A stretch of 63,947 bases of DNA, filler included. It is 8 parts of 8 records of this genome, joined end to end, with 100 filler letters (N's around TTAATTAATTAA, not from the genome) between each part and the next. Parts side by side here need not be neighbours in the genome. Positions count along the whole stretch, not along the records: positions 37,149 to 43,075 come from DRR723986_15409; positions 43,176 to 48,395 come from DRR723986_15430; positions 48,496 to 58,667 come from DRR723986_15451; 5 more parts are not named here. One strand, 5' to 3'. Below are positions 40,881-49,468 of this stretch, in pieces (position 1 is the stretch's first letter; every line of letters begins with the position of its first letter). The notes under the pieces were generated by a model. That model saw nothing but the letters and a program-made list of their open reading frames with translations, was not told the origin of the DNA and ran no database searches. A program made the translations under genes and the position numbers.

Positions 40881-41135
40881 ATGCCCGGACGCAAAACTCT
40901 TGAAGAGCATGGACGCCTCATGGGCCAGATGGCGGATCGTCTGGGTGTGGATCTGGACGAAGCGGAATTGCGCGGCGACCTTCCCCCCGAACAGCGCAGC
41001 GACATGGTGCTGAGTTGCACCAATTGCACATCGCCCGAAGACTGCAGCAAGTGGCTGGAAAGTCATGATAAATCAGACGTCACACCAGAGTATTGCCGCA
41101 ATGGGGCCCTGCTGAAAGACCTGCGCGACAGTTGA
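40881..41135 (+). CDS. DUF6455-like 4-Cys small protein
   Basis: MADRLGVDL, CTNC..C..W..P.YCRN. Confidence 0.78.
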   Translation: MPGRKTLEEHGRLMGQMADRLGVDLDEAELRGDLPPEQRSDMVLSCTNCTSPEDCSKWLESHDKSDVTPEYCRNGALLKDLRDS

Positions 41136-41161
41136 TTTCCCATCCATCAAGGATTGCCCCG

Positions 41162-41419
41162 ATGACCCATCCCCTTGGCGATATCCGCCATCATTTCTGG
41201 ATGTCTCAAACCATGGCCAAGGTGACCGGTGTCGATCTGGCCCATGCGGTACACTCGGGTCGCGTGACGCAAGAAGACTGGGCGGAGGCGGTCACACGGT
41301 GCCGGGCCTGCGGGTGGGCCGCATCCTGTCAGGACTGGATGGCAAGCTTGGGGGAAACAACGGTGGAGGCCCCGGCAGAATGCGCCAATGCCGCTTTGTT
41401 TCAGCGGTTGGCGGGCTGA
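41162..41419 (+). CDS. DUF6455-like 4-Cys small protein (tandem paralog)
   Basis: MAKVTGVDL, CRAC..C..W..P.ECAN. Confidence 0.78.
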   Translation: MTHPLGDIRHHFWMSQTMAKVTGVDLAHAVHSGRVTQEDWAEAVTRCRACGWAASCQDWMASLGETTVEAPAECANAALFQRLAG

Positions 41420-41477
41420 TCGTTTTCCGATGACATTCCGGGGTAACTCGTCCTAACCTTTTGAAAACAGGGGAGGG

Positions 41478-41837
41478 ATGGCCATGTGGCAACGGGAATG
41501 GCGACGGCTGGTCAATCGTTTTGTCTGGTCCTGGGCGGGCTGGAAGAATGCTTGGGTGAATGAACCGAGCCTGAAATTCTGGACTACAATGAATATCCCG
41601 AGCGCGGGTTTGGCGCTTTGGTTGCCGCTCAGTCGCGGGGAAACCATGGTCATTCTGATGGGTGGGGTGATGATCCTTGCGGCGGAGCTGCTGAACACGT
41701 CGCTGGAGCGGACGGTGGATTATATCTCGACAGAACAAGATGTTAGGGCGCGGGACGCCAAGGATGTGGGCAGCGCCGGCGTGGCGATGACGGCGATGGC
41801 CGTGGGGGTTGCGTGGCTTGTCGTTCTGTTTGGATGA
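41478..41837 (+). CDS. dgkA: Diacylglycerol kinase
   Basis: ELLNTSLERTVD, AKDVGSAGV. Confidence 0.9.
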   Translation: MAMWQREWRRLVNRFVWSWAGWKNAWVNEPSLKFWTTMNIPSAGLALWLPLSRGETMVILMGGVMILAAELLNTSLERTVDYISTEQDVRARDAKDVGSAGVAMTAMAVGVAWLVVLFG

Positions 41838-41867
41838 CGCTATCCCACTGATAGGGAGGGGAAATCC

Positions 41868-42215
41868 ATGCGGCAGATCGAGAATGTGATCAGCGACCGA
41901 GGGTCGAAATACGCGGTTTCGGGCGGGCCTGCGACCTGCCGCGAGGAGGTAGATGAGTTCCTCAAATCATTGAAAAAGAAGAAGAAATATGCCAAGGCCA
42001 CGCATAACTCCTGGGCCGTGCTGCTGCCGGACGGGCCTCTCAAATCCGATGATGGAGAGACGGGCGCAGGCAACATCATCCTCAAGATGTTGGAGGGCGA
42101 GGGGCTGCATTCACATCTTGTTGTGGTGACCCGCTGGTATGGAGGCAAACATCTGGGCGGCGACCGCTTTCGCCACGTGGCCGATGCCTGCCGCGCCTAT
42201 TTCGCGCAAAAATAG
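41868..42215 (+). CDS. Short YigZ/IMPACT family protein
   Basis: ATHNSWA, DDGETGAG, VVVTRWYGG.HLG. Confidence 0.88.
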   Translation: MRQIENVISDRGSKYAVSGGPATCREEVDEFLKSLKKKKKYAKATHNSWAVLLPDGPLKSDDGETGAGNIILKMLEGEGLHSHLVVVTRWYGGKHLGGDRFRHVADACRAYFAQK

Positions 42216-42228
42216 GGGGTCGCCGGGC

Positions 42229-42266
42229 GTACACCCCCCATGCACCCCCCGTACACCCCCCGTGCA
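42229..42266. repeat. 11-bp tandem repeat RTRCACCCCCC, about 3.5 units
   Basis: gtacacccccc atgcacccccc gtacacccccc gtgca between convergent genes. Confidence 0.8.
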
Positions 42267-42279
42267 GACAAATCCCCGG

Positions 42280-42522
42280 TCAGAGCTTTGAATGCGACCC
42301 GTCGCAAAGCGGCTGGCGCGACGAGTGCTTGCAGCCGCAGAAGAATACCTTTCCGGTCTTTTCGGCGGTGTATTTGACCGGGTTGAAATCGCTGCCCTTA
42401 TGAGAGCCGTCACAGAACGGCTGTTTCTGGCTCTGCCCGCAGGCGCACCAGAAATAATTCTTGCCTTCCTCCACGTCGATGGGGAAGGGGGCGGTCTGGG
42501 CGATCTTGGGGGCGTCGGTCAT
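42280..42522 (-). CDS. Double CDGSH iron-sulfur protein
   Basis: WCACGQS..QPFCDGSH and FCGCK....PLCDGSH. Confidence 0.92.
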   Translation of the reverse strand: MTDAPKIAQTAPFPIDVEEGKNYFWCACGQSQKQPFCDGSHKGSDFNPVKYTAEKTGKVFFCGCKHSSRQPLCDGSHSKL

Positions 42523-42639
42523 AATGGCTCTCCTGTTGGTTGGCTGTCGTGTTAAGTGACCCGGTACGGCGGGCAAAGTCCATATGGTCGGCCTCTGCGG
42601 CAGGGCAGGGGCGATGTGCGCTCAAGCGGTCCTCGGGGT

Positions 42640-42999
42640 CTAATGATCGGCGCGCCCTTGACGACGGCGATGCAGCGCATAGAGCACCGGGGCAGCAGCG
42701 TGGCGATAGGCCCGATCCGCCAGCCAATGGACACCCGGCAGACCGGTGACCCGCGCCAGCCAGCGCCAGCCCGGCAGATGCGACCAGAGCAGGCGGAAGG
42801 CATCGAGTCCCTCGTGCCGCTGGCCATCCTGTTCAGCGCGGAAACTGCGCGCGGCACTGTCGGGTGTAAGGGACCATTCGGCGACGTCGTCGAGCCCGTC
42901 GACATGGAGCGCCACCCCCGCGCGGTCCGCCTGCCGCGAATAGGCTGCAACCTCGCGCGCGCAGATCGGGCATGTGTCATTGTGCAGGATCTTGATCAT
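42640..42999 (-). CDS. DCC/DUF393 thiol-disulfide oxidoreductase-like protein
   Basis: NDTCPICARE, GLDAF..LW. Confidence 0.8.
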   Translation of the reverse strand: MIKILHNDTCPICAREVAAYSRQADRAGVALHVDGLDDVAEWSLTPDSAARSFRAEQDGQRHEGLDAFRLLWSHLPGWRWLARVTGLPGVHWLADRAYRHAAAPVLYALHRRRQGRADH

Positions 43000-43075
43000 G
43001 AGAGGCAGGTAGGGCGGGGGGCGGTGAGGGCAAGGGCGGTGTCCCGGCGCGGAATCAAGGCGAAGCCGCCGCGCC

Positions 43076-43175
43076 NNNNNNNNNNNNNNNNNNNNNNNNN
43101 NNNNNNNNNNNNNNNNNNNTTAATTAATTAANNNNNNNNNNNNNNNNNNNNNNNNNNNNNNNNNNNNNNNNNNNN
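43076..43175. other. Artificial contig spacer
   Basis: N44-TTAATTAATTAA-N44. Confidence 0.99.
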
Positions 43176-43241
43176 CGATGAACCAGAAATCCTCCGTTGC
43201 TCAAACACCTAAATTTGTCCGGTGGGCGCTGACGTCACACA
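43176..43241 (-). mobile_element. Probable terminus of an insertion sequence (IS3-family-like)
   Basis: DsbA homology stops abruptly; minus strand continues TGTGTGACGTCAGCGCCCACCGGACAAATTTAGGTGTTTGAGCAACGGAGGATTTCTGGTTCATCG, with a TG start; the contig ends inside it. Confidence 0.55.
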
Positions 43242-43467
43242 AAGCGCGGCAGGCTTCGCAAGCCGGGTCGAAAAACTCGACGATCGTCACGGGCGCGTCC
43301 TCCGGTCCGAGGATCGGCGAATAGGGACGCATCATCGCCTCAGCCAGTTCGGGAGCAACAGGCTCTGCTTCTGCTACCGGGGCTGGGCGCGTTGCGTACC
43401 ATGCTGCGCCACCAAATCCGGCAGCGCCAAGAGCAACTACGGACAAGATCAAACCGCGTCTGTTCAT
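43201..43467 (-). pseudogene. DsbA-family protein truncated just after the CEAC active site
   Basis: GPEDAPVTIVEFFDPACEACRA, then 13 unrelated residues and a stop. Confidence 0.8.
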
Positions 43468-43895
43468 TTTTGTGTCTCCTTCAAGGAAAGAGCCGACATC
43501 ACACCGATAAGGGTGAAGGATGTAAGCGCCATGAGTGGGATCGGAATTCCGAACACCAATTGATTGTCATCGGTACAAGACGGGCCGGTGGCCGTGCAGG
43601 GCTGGATGCGTTCGGGAACAAGACCGACGTACAGCCCCATGTGCCACAGGGCGACCGCGCCGCCGCCAAGCGCCAATGCGATGCCGTAGCGCCCCACGCG
43701 GCCGTCCCGCCACCAAAGGCCCAGCCCGAGGATAATGGTCAAGTGGAACATGAACGCGCGCTGGAACCAGCACAGCACGCAGGGTGTCTGCCCCAAAACC
43801 TCCCCGATGAACAAAACGGCAAGCGATGCAACAAGCGCCGTGATCCACGCCAGAGCAAGAGCTGTTTCTCCAGATAAGCGGCCCATAGGTGTCAA
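43464..43895 (-). CDS. DsbB/BdbC-like disulfide formation protein
   Basis: PCVLCWFQR, C....SC periplasmic pair, four TM helices. Confidence 0.88.
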   Translation of the reverse strand: MTPMGRLSGETALALAWITALVASLAVLFIGEVLGQTPCVLCWFQRAFMFHLTIILGLGLWWRDGRVGRYGIALALGGGAVALWHMGLYVGLVPERIQPCTATGPSCTDDNQLVFGIPIPLMALTSFTLIGVMSALSLKETQK

Positions 43896-44491
43896 ATCCT
43901 CGCTTTCAGATCGGCAAGGATTTCTTCTGCCGGGGTACCGTATGGCCAGGAGTCTGCGAAACCTGCTTCCGGATCGAATAGAAAGAGGTGCGACGTGTGT
44001 CCCATTGTGTAACCGTCAGGCGCAGCCGCCTCTTCAATGCGCTCAAAAAAGATTGGGAATGTTGTCGATGTCTCCGCGATCTGTTCTGGCGTGCCTGTCA
44101 GGCCGAGGATCCCCGCGTCGAAGAGCGGTACATATTCTGCAAGAACGTCGGGTGTATCGCGTTCGGGATCAATCGTAATGAAAATGGGCTGCACTTTGTC
44201 TACGGCACTGCCGAGGCCGTCCATCACTGCCGCGACTTCGGACAGCGTAGTGGGGCAGACTTCAGGGCAGTTGGTGAAGCCGAAGAACACGAGCATCCAA
44301 CGGCCCGAGAAATCGCTTTCAGTCTGGATCATACCCTGATGATCAGTCAGTTCGAAGACAGCCTGAAACGCAGGCTCATCACCGCGAAACTGATCCGTAC
44401 GAGCGTCTGACCAGACAAGCAAACCAACAAGGGCCAAAGTCGCAATGCCGACCAGACCCCATAAGACTTTTTGAAATGCCGTCAGTTTCAA
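43892..44491 (-). CDS. SCO/SenC family protein
   Basis: FFGFTNCPEVCP, TIDPERDT, YTMGHT. Confidence 0.92.
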   Translation of the reverse strand: MKLTAFQKVLWGLVGIATLALVGLLVWSDARTDQFRGDEPAFQAVFELTDHQGMIQTESDFSGRWMLVFFGFTNCPEVCPTTLSEVAAVMDGLGSAVDKVQPIFITIDPERDTPDVLAEYVPLFDAGILGLTGTPEQIAETSTTFPIFFERIEEAAAPDGYTMGHTSHLFLFDPEAGFADSWPYGTPAEEILADLKARI

Positions 44492-44528
44492 AGCAAATTT
44501 TTGCCTCTGGTTCTATTCTTTACGTGTG

Positions 44529-44559
44529 CGTGTACATCCTCCAGCCACTAGAGGTTCAA
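44529..44559 (-). promoter_or_regulatory. MerR-type promoter/operator for sco-dsbB-dsbA
   Basis: TTGAAC-19 nt-TACACG with dyad CCTCTAG-TGG-CTGGAGG. Confidence 0.8.
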
Positions 44560-44668
44560 TTGCTTTTTCCTCGATGCGCCGCCGTGTCACGCATTTGTGA
44601 GCAGAGGCAAACTCTTGCGAGCAGCGCAATGAAAACCTACAGTCACTTGACATTCAAGAGGGCCTCAG

Positions 44669-45097
44669 ATGCTTAGCATTGGAACGCTTGGGAAGAAGAC
44701 AGGCACAAAAGTGCAGACCATTCGCTACTATGAGCAGATTGGCCTGATGCCAGAACCTGGCAGGACCGAAGGAGGGCAACGACGCTACGGCGATGCTGAA
44801 TTGGATCGTCTTTCATTTATCCGGCACTCACGCCAACTTGGATTTTCGCTCGAAGCCATCCGCGAGCTTCTTGACCTTTCCGACGACCCGAACCGGCCGT
44901 GTCACGAAGCAGACGTCATTGCACGACGGCAACTTACCCAAGTCGAGCAACGCATCGCGCGGTTGGAAGCGCTGCGCAAGGAACTCAAACGTATGGTGCA
45001 CGAATGCAGTGGTGGAAACTCTTCAGATTGCCGTGTTCTCGAAGTCTTGAGGGATCATTCCGAATGCTTGACTGATCATGACGAGATCGGTGCCTAA
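44669..45097 (+). CDS. MerR-family divalent-metal regulator (CadR/ZntR/PbrR-like)
   Basis: TIRYYEQIGL HTH; Cys78, Cys113, Cys121. Confidence 0.92.
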   Translation: MLSIGTLGKKTGTKVQTIRYYEQIGLMPEPGRTEGGQRRYGDAELDRLSFIRHSRQLGFSLEAIRELLDLSDDPNRPCHEADVIARRQLTQVEQRIARLEALRKELKRMVHECSGGNSSDCRVLEVLRDHSECLTDHDEIGA

Positions 45098-45137
45098 TTG
45101 GCGAGCTACGCCAACTCAAAGAAATTCAAATAAAGGC

Positions 45138-45168
45138 TTGAAGCTATAGTGACTGTAGCAATTAGGTT
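45138..45168 (+). promoter_or_regulatory. MerR-type promoter/operator for the transglutaminase-CDF-ICMT operon
   Basis: TTGAAG-19 nt-TAGGTT with dyad GCTATAG-TGA-CTGTAGC. Confidence 0.8.
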
Positions 45169-45198
45169 TCTTCCAAGACGATTCGAGGAGCCATACCG

Positions 45199-45960
45199 TT
45201 GCAGAAGACTGACCCCCAACTAAAACCAACCAAGCTATTGGATTTCCATGCTGAAGCTGTTGGGTGCCTGATTGATGATCGCGGATGGCGCAACCTGCTG
45301 GAGTTTGATCGGATCGGAGCCGTCTATGATTTCGTTCGGAATGAAATCGCGTTCGGATACAATCGAGCCGACGACATTCCCGCCTCGGATGTGCTTTCCG
45401 ACAGCTATGGGCAGTGCAATACCAAAGGGACGCTCTTGATGGCGCTGCTGCGTGGTGTTGGCATTCGTTGCCGGTTGCATGGGTTTACGATCCACAAAGG
45501 CTTGCAGCGCGGTGTTGTACCTGAGCTGGTGTATCCGCTTGCTCCGCAAGAAATTCTCCACTCATGGGTAGAGATCGAATATCAAGGTGCCTGGATCAAC
45601 CTTGAAGGCTTCATCCTGGATGACGCTTTCCTGACAGTCCTGCAAAAGTCTTTCTCGGACACGGACAGTCTCTGCGGTTATGGCGCGGGCACGGATTGCC
45701 TTGGCGCGCCTCCCGTCGCCTGGAACGGAGAAGATACCTACATTCAGAAAACCGGTATTGTGCAAGATTTTGGCGTGTACGATACGCCGGACGCCTTCTA
45801 TTTGTCCCATGAGCAATCCTTTGGATGGCTGCGTGGTGCCCTTTACCGTCATATAATACGCCACTGGATGAATGCGCGCGTACGTGGTTTCCGCAGCGGC
45901 CGCCTGAAGACTGACCGACGCGCGACACACGCGCACGCGGAGCCTGCCAATGCCACATGA
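45199..45960 (+). CDS. Transglutaminase-like protein
   Basis: YDFVRNEI, GQCNTK..L.ALLR..GI, HSWVE. Confidence 0.82.
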   Translation: MQKTDPQLKPTKLLDFHAEAVGCLIDDRGWRNLLEFDRIGAVYDFVRNEIAFGYNRADDIPASDVLSDSYGQCNTKGTLLMALLRGVGIRCRLHGFTIHKGLQRGVVPELVYPLAPQEILHSWVEIEYQGAWINLEGFILDDAFLTVLQKSFSDTDSLCGYGAGTDCLGAPPVAWNGEDTYIQKTGIVQDFGVYDTPDAFYLSHEQSFGWLRGALYRHIIRHWMNARVRGFRSGRLKTDRRATHAHAEPANAT

Positions 45961-46867
45961 CCACGGGCACGGGCATATCGATCCGAATTCTGGGGACCGG
46001 CGGGTTGCCATCGCCATCTGGGCAAACGGGCTACTTACCGTTGCGCAAGTCGTCGGGGGCATATTCTCGGGCAGTCTGGCACTGATCGCCGATGCGCTGC
46101 ACAACTTTTCCGATATGGCCTCGCTTGTCATTGCCTTCGCCGCACGCAAGATCGCGCGCCGCCCGGCCGATGAGCGCATGACCTTCGGCTATGGCCGGGT
46201 CGAAATCGTCGCGGCCCTGATCAACTACACCACCCTCATCGTGATCGGCTTCTATCTGATCTACGAAGGTGGCATGCGCATGATTGATCCACCCGAAGTC
46301 ATGGGGTGGACCGTAGTCATTCTCGGTGGAATCGCGCTTGTGGTCGACACGCTGACCGCAATGCTGACCTATTCGATGCAGAAGGGGAGCGTGAACATCC
46401 GTGCGCTTTTTCTCCACAACCTTTCGGATGCGTTGGCTTCAGTGGCCGTCATAGTCGGCGGGACGCTCATAATACTCTATGATATGCGTTGGGTTGATCC
46501 GGCCATCACCATCGGCATCGCGCTCTACATCCTGTATCTGTCCTTCACCGAAATAGGGGGCCCAATTCGAACCCTGATGCTTGGGAGCCCACCAGGTATT
46601 GATGGAAATGACGTGGTCAGAGCGATCCAGTGTGTCGATGGCGTTGTGGACGTGCATCATGTCCACCTGTGGCAAATGCAGGAGCACGCCGCGGCATTGG
46701 ACTGCCATATTGTCGTCGAACGCGAACGGATGGGTGAGGCCGACAAGATTAAAGAAAACGTCAAATCGGTGCTGCATGAACGTTTCTCAATCGAGCATTC
46801 CACGCTTGAATTCGAAGCGAGCGACAATGCGCATCAGGAGGCGCAGGTGTTCGGACACCGCTCATGA
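45950..46867 (+). CDS. Cation diffusion facilitator (CzcD/ZitB-like)
   Basis: SLALIADALHNFSD, LHNLSD, HHVHLW, His-rich N-terminus. Confidence 0.93.
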   Translation: MPHDHGHGHIDPNSGDRRVAIAIWANGLLTVAQVVGGIFSGSLALIADALHNFSDMASLVIAFAARKIARRPADERMTFGYGRVEIVAALINYTTLIVIGFYLIYEGGMRMIDPPEVMGWTVVILGGIALVVDTLTAMLTYSMQKGSVNIRALFLHNLSDALASVAVIVGGTLIILYDMRWVDPAITIGIALYILYLSFTEIGGPIRTLMLGSPPGIDGNDVVRAIQCVDGVVDVHHVHLWQMQEHAAALDCHIVVERERMGEADKIKENVKSVLHERFSIEHSTLEFEASDNAHQEAQVFGHRS

Positions 46868-47421
46868 CGATTGCCCAAGGCATACTAGTGGTCGTTGGCC
46901 TGCTATCCGGTCTGGTTTTGATTGGTGCGCTCCTTTGGTCGATCGCCCGCCCGTCCAAGCGCATCTGGCCTCCAAACAGAGAGCATTCAGTCATACCAAA
47001 CATTGCATGGGGACTCACATTGGCCGTGTTTGGGGCGGTGATCGGTTTGGGCATCTTGGATTGGAAATCCGCTTCTATGGCCAACGCACTCCGTTGGGCG
47101 GTCGGGCCGTTCTTGATCGCAACCGGAAATCTGATTGTCTGGTGGGGGGCATTCAGCATTGGACTGAAAGCCACCAGCGGTGCGAAAGACGAGCTGATCA
47201 CTTCGGGTCTCTACCGTTTCTCTCGGCATCCGCAGTACCTTGCCGACATGGCCATCCTGATAGGTTTTGGTCTTCTCTTCGCCTCATCTTGGATTTGGCC
47301 TATCGTCATCGTTGGAGTTGCCGCGCTGGCCCTTGCCCCGCTCGCGGAAGAGCCATGGCTGCATGAACAATACGGCTCCAAGTATCGCGATTATTGCGCT
47401 GAAACGCGGCGATACCTGTAA
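46864..47421 (+). CDS. ICMT/PEMT-family membrane methyltransferase
   Basis: LITSGLYRFSRHPQY, EE..L...YG..Y..Y...TRRYL. Confidence 0.85.
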   Translation: MTIAQGILVVVGLLSGLVLIGALLWSIARPSKRIWPPNREHSVIPNIAWGLTLAVFGAVIGLGILDWKSASMANALRWAVGPFLIATGNLIVWWGAFSIGLKATSGAKDELITSGLYRFSRHPQYLADMAILIGFGLLFASSWIWPIVIVGVAALALAPLAEEPWLHEQYGSKYRDYCAETRRYL

Positions 47422-47456
47422 GCTCGCTGCCTCACGAGAACGTCATCGTTTTTCAG

Positions 47457-47487
47457 TTGAACCTCCAGCTACTAGAGGTCGTATCCG
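47457..47487 (+). promoter_or_regulatory. MerR-type promoter/operator for the L,D-transpeptidase
   Basis: TTGAAC-19 nt-TATCCG with dyad ACCTCCAG-CTA-CTAGAGGT. Confidence 0.8.
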
Positions 47488-47516
47488 TCAGCCAACAAAA
47501 GAGTGAGGCGAGGCAT

Positions 47517-48086
47517 ATGACAAAAACACTGAAAACAAGACGCCAGTTCGTTTCGACAACTATGATCGGACTTCTGGCAGCACCTTCCCTTCTCCGTGCT
47601 CAGGAGCAGGAGCCCTCGGCGGTACGCAGAAATATTTCGTCTTTTAGTGCGGATCTCTGGCAAGACCACTTCGATAACCTTCAGCACGGTGCAATTTTGT
47701 GCGACATCGACTCGCGTGCAGTCCAGTATTGGTCGGAAGACGAAAGTGTCTACAAACTCTATCCGTCGAGTGTCCCTGCCTCGGAAGAGTTGACCCGCCG
47801 AGGATATACAGAGGTTATAAGGAAGGTGGAGGGGCCGAGTTGGCGGCCCACTCCATCAATGAAAGATCGTAACCCCGAATGGCCTGACTATTGGCCGCCG
47901 GGTCCTGACAACCCGCTTGGAACACACGCACTTTATCTGTCGTGGCAGTATTACCGGGTGCACGGAACCGGTGACACGCGCAAGATCGGTCGGCAATCAT
48001 CAAACGGCTGTATTGGACTGTACAACGAGCACATTGCTGAACTTTTTGCTCTGGCAGAAGTGGGAACCCAGGTCAGGATTTTCTGA
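47517..48086 (+). CDS. L,D-transpeptidase (YkuD) with Tat-like signal
   Basis: TRRQFV; GPDNPLG, HGT......SNGCIGL. Confidence 0.9.
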   Translation: MTKTLKTRRQFVSTTMIGLLAAPSLLRAQEQEPSAVRRNISSFSADLWQDHFDNLQHGAILCDIDSRAVQYWSEDESVYKLYPSSVPASEELTRRGYTEVIRKVEGPSWRPTPSMKDRNPEWPDYWPPGPDNPLGTHALYLSWQYYRVHGTGDTRKIGRQSSNGCIGLYNEHIAELFALAEVGTQVRIF

Positions 48087-48192
48087 AAGCCAAGGAAAGC
48101 TGGCTAATACTACCATTCTTAACATAAACTTCATTATGCGAAAAAGAACAAAAGACGAACATCTTGCCTCTACCAGTTGCGCCGGCTGAACA

Positions 48193-48395
48193 CTAAGCGC
48201 CCGCCCCCCAAAATGACGTCTTCTTTCCATGGGACTGTTTCAAGCCCTCGAGATAAGCCTCATGCGTCTCGAATTGTGCAAAGTCGTCAATTCTAGCCGC
48301 GAGGTTCTTGCATTCGCGCAGGTGGCGCGCTGCATGGCGATAACGTTTGACCCGCGAATTCTGCAGCGCAAAATCAATCAGACCGCGTTTCAAAA
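48193..48395 (-). CDS. C-terminal fragment of a DUF6880-like protein
   Basis: RYRHAARHL...HEAYL..L...HGKKTSFW; open to contig end. Confidence 0.6.
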
Positions 48396-48495
48396 NNNNN
48401 NNNNNNNNNNNNNNNNNNNNNNNNNNNNNNNNNNNNNNNTTAATTAATTAANNNNNNNNNNNNNNNNNNNNNNNNNNNNNNNNNNNNNNNNNNNN
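48396..48495. other. Artificial contig spacer
   Basis: N44-TTAATTAATTAA-N44. Confidence 0.99.
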
Positions 48496-48550
48496 GGGAT
48501 CCTCCCCCCGCACCCCCCTGGAGTACTTCCGCCAAGAAGAAACGAAAGTC

Positions 48551-49468
48551 CTAGCGCCCGCGGATCCTCGGGTCGAGCGCGTCGCGCAGGCCATCGCCGA
48601 TGTAGTTCACGCTGAGCACGGTGAGCGAGATGGCAAGGCCCGGCCAGATCACCCGCTCGGGGTTCCGCTGGAGCCAGTCAGTGCCGTCGAAGAGCAACCG
48701 CCCCCAGGTCGGGAAATCCGACGGGAAGCCGAGCCCGAGGAAACTGAGCGCGCTTTCGGTGATGATCGCGTTGGCAATGCCGAGCGTGGCCGAGACCATG
48801 ATGGGCGACAGAACATTGGGCAGGACATGGCGGGTGATCATCCGGTAGGGGGGCGTGCCGATGGAACGGGCGGCCAGAACGAACTCGCGCTCTTTAAGGG
48901 CCAGAACGTCGCCACGCACGATCCGGGCGGTCTGCATCCAGCTGGTGATGCCGATGACGAAGACGATCAGGATGAAGATGCCCTTCTCCGGCCCGAACTG
49001 GGCCCGCAGCGTGTCGCGGAAGAGCATGATGATGACCAAGAGCAGCGGCAGCAACGGCAGTGCGAGGAACAGGTCCGTCAGGCGCATCAGGATACCGTCG
49101 AGCCGCTTGAAATAGCCCGCCAGAACCCCCACGAGCGTGCCGACGATCAGCGCCAGCAGCATTGCGGTCAGCCCCACCAGAAGCGAGGTCTGGCCGCCGA
49201 CCATAATCCGGGCCAGGGTGTCGCGGCCCAACTGGTCGGTGCCCATGGGATGCGCCAGCGACGGGCCCTGACTGCGGGCGCGGATGTCGATATATTGCGC
49301 GTCCAGTGTCCAGAAGATCGGGCCAAGGAACACGAAAATCAGCACGAAGATGAAGAAGGCCGCGCCGATCAAGGCCCCCTTGTGGGTCTTGAACTGGTCC
49401 CACACATCCCACCACTGGTTGCGCGGTTTCTGGTAGGTTTCCGCTTCGAGCGTGGTGAGATCAGTCAT
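48551..49468 (-). CDS. Peptide ABC transporter permease (OppC/DppC-like)
   Basis: HPMGTDQLGRD, EFVLAARSIG, LSFLGLG. Confidence 0.92.
   Translation of the reverse strand: MTDLTTLEAETYQKPRNQWWDVWDQFKTHKGALIGAAFFIFVLIFVFLGPIFWTLDAQYIDIRARSQGPSLAHPMGTDQLGRDTLARIMVGGQTSLLVGLTAMLLALIVGTLVGVLAGYFKRLDGILMRLTDLFLALPLLPLLLVIIMLFRDTLRAQFGPEKGIFILIVFVIGITSWMQTARIVRGDVLALKEREFVLAARSIGTPPYRMITRHVLPNVLSPIMVSATLGIANAIITESALSFLGLGFPSDFPTWGRLLFDGTDWLQRNPERVIWPGLAISLTVLSVNYIGDGLRDALDPRIRGR

Noticed and set aside
48496..48545. Possible dispersed Rhodobacteraceae repeat end (CCCCCTGGAGTACTTCCGCCAAGAAGAA)
   Set aside because: Only one partial copy at a contig edge; it cannot be supported from this window.
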